Shown here piece after piece: positions 63,691-64,000 of a DNA stretch of 64,000 nucleotides; positions within the stretch are counted from its first letter, which is position 1, and each line of letters opens with the position of its first letter. This DNA comes from Candidatus Cloacimonadota bacterium (GTDB lineage: Bacteria; Cloacimonadota; Cloacimonadia; Cloacimonadales; TCS61), in the NCBI GenBank assembly GCA_021157525.1, contig JAGGWK010000016.1:1836-65835 (forward strand), given 5' to 3'. Below the pieces are notes generated by a model. The model was not told the DNA's origin and ran no database searches. It saw nothing but the letters and a program-made list of their open reading frames with translations. A program made the position numbers and the translations under genes.

Positions 63691-64000
63691 AGGGTTTGCA
63701 GAGAGGAGAAAGTAACCACGAATTTGCACGAAAACTTCTGCATGAGGCAGATTGATCTTTTGCGTTTTGTCGAAAAGTCAGGGCTTTTGGCAAAGGGTTT
63801 CGACCATTCGCAAGGTTTCGCATTCGCTCAACCATTGAGAAGGACTATGTTGGGCAAAAGACGGGGTAGTCTGAACGGAAGATCGTCTTCCTGAGGCTGA
63901 ACCTACAAAGGCCTACGACGAAGGATGAGGGTTTTCCCATATTATGTTAGTTCGTCATGAAAAAGTATCTAACTTATTGAAAAATATATTGACTACGACG

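Noticed and set aside
63760-63870. Possible c-di-GMP-I (GEMM) riboswitch because of the GGCAAA and GACGGGG words
   Set aside because: The conserved GNRA-tetraloop/receptor arrangement and the ACGCAAAGCC core are not present. The resemblance is only at the level of short words.
1-64000. Search for CRISPR arrays, transposases, integrases, phage genes, toxin-antitoxin or canonical defence genes
   Set aside because: I found no regularly spaced direct repeats, no DDE or tyrosine/serine recombinase motifs and no nuclease/helicase defence signatures. Apart from the T9SS/PGA island, the window looks like core chromosome.

Overview
This is an almost fully coding 64-kb chromosomal window. Several proteins carry C-terminal tails of the type NYPNPFNP...KMVLLK, which points to a diderm bacterium with a type IX secretion system. 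An uncultivated FCB-group or Cloacimonadota-like lineage is only an inference from those tails. I support about 50 CDS, 3 tRNAs (Leu-UAA, Cys-GCA, Gly-GCC), one decayed gene and several hairpin terminators. I saw no rRNA, CRISPR array, transposase or integrase. Contents in order: (1) a 5'-truncated SpoIIE/PP2C phosphatase; (2) an XRE regulator, two membrane proteins and lepB; (3) a phosphate-uptake locus (porin, two pstS, pstCAB, phoU); (4) a NifX-like gene plus an untracked 52-aa DUF5320-like glycine-rich ORF; (5) an 18.3-kb co-directional run of nine near-abutting genes: two gingipain-like C25 proteins, a 16-repeat propeller-like protein and an M14 carboxypeptidase, all with T9SS tails, followed by pgsB, pgsC, a PgsA-position membrane protein, a secreted protein and a predicted outer-membrane barrel; (6) a CPBP protease; (7) a DUF2089-DUF4097-SHOCT trio; (8) the three tRNAs; (9) AmmeMemoRadiSam proteins A and B split by a cNMP-binding/FHA gene; (10) a PdxA-methyltransferase fusion and rnhB; (11) two paralogous lipoproteins; (12) a 12.6-kb alpha-glucan locus (two GH13 enzymes, MalEFGK-like transporter, a 600-aa outer-membrane barrel flanked by two DOMON-like proteins); (13) a C10 peptidase with a T9SS tail, a membrane pyrophosphatase, a PlpD-like patatin/Omp85 protein, Lon and a DUF4911-like ORF. 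The best candidate for an undescribed system is the coupling of T9SS-tailed surface peptidases to a poly-gamma-glutamate (PGA) synthase module with its own putative outer-membrane components. A second signal is DNA-level: the palindrome GGATGCATCC occurs 6 times exactly and its core GATGCATC 14 times. All family assignments come from motif recognition by eye; no database search was run.
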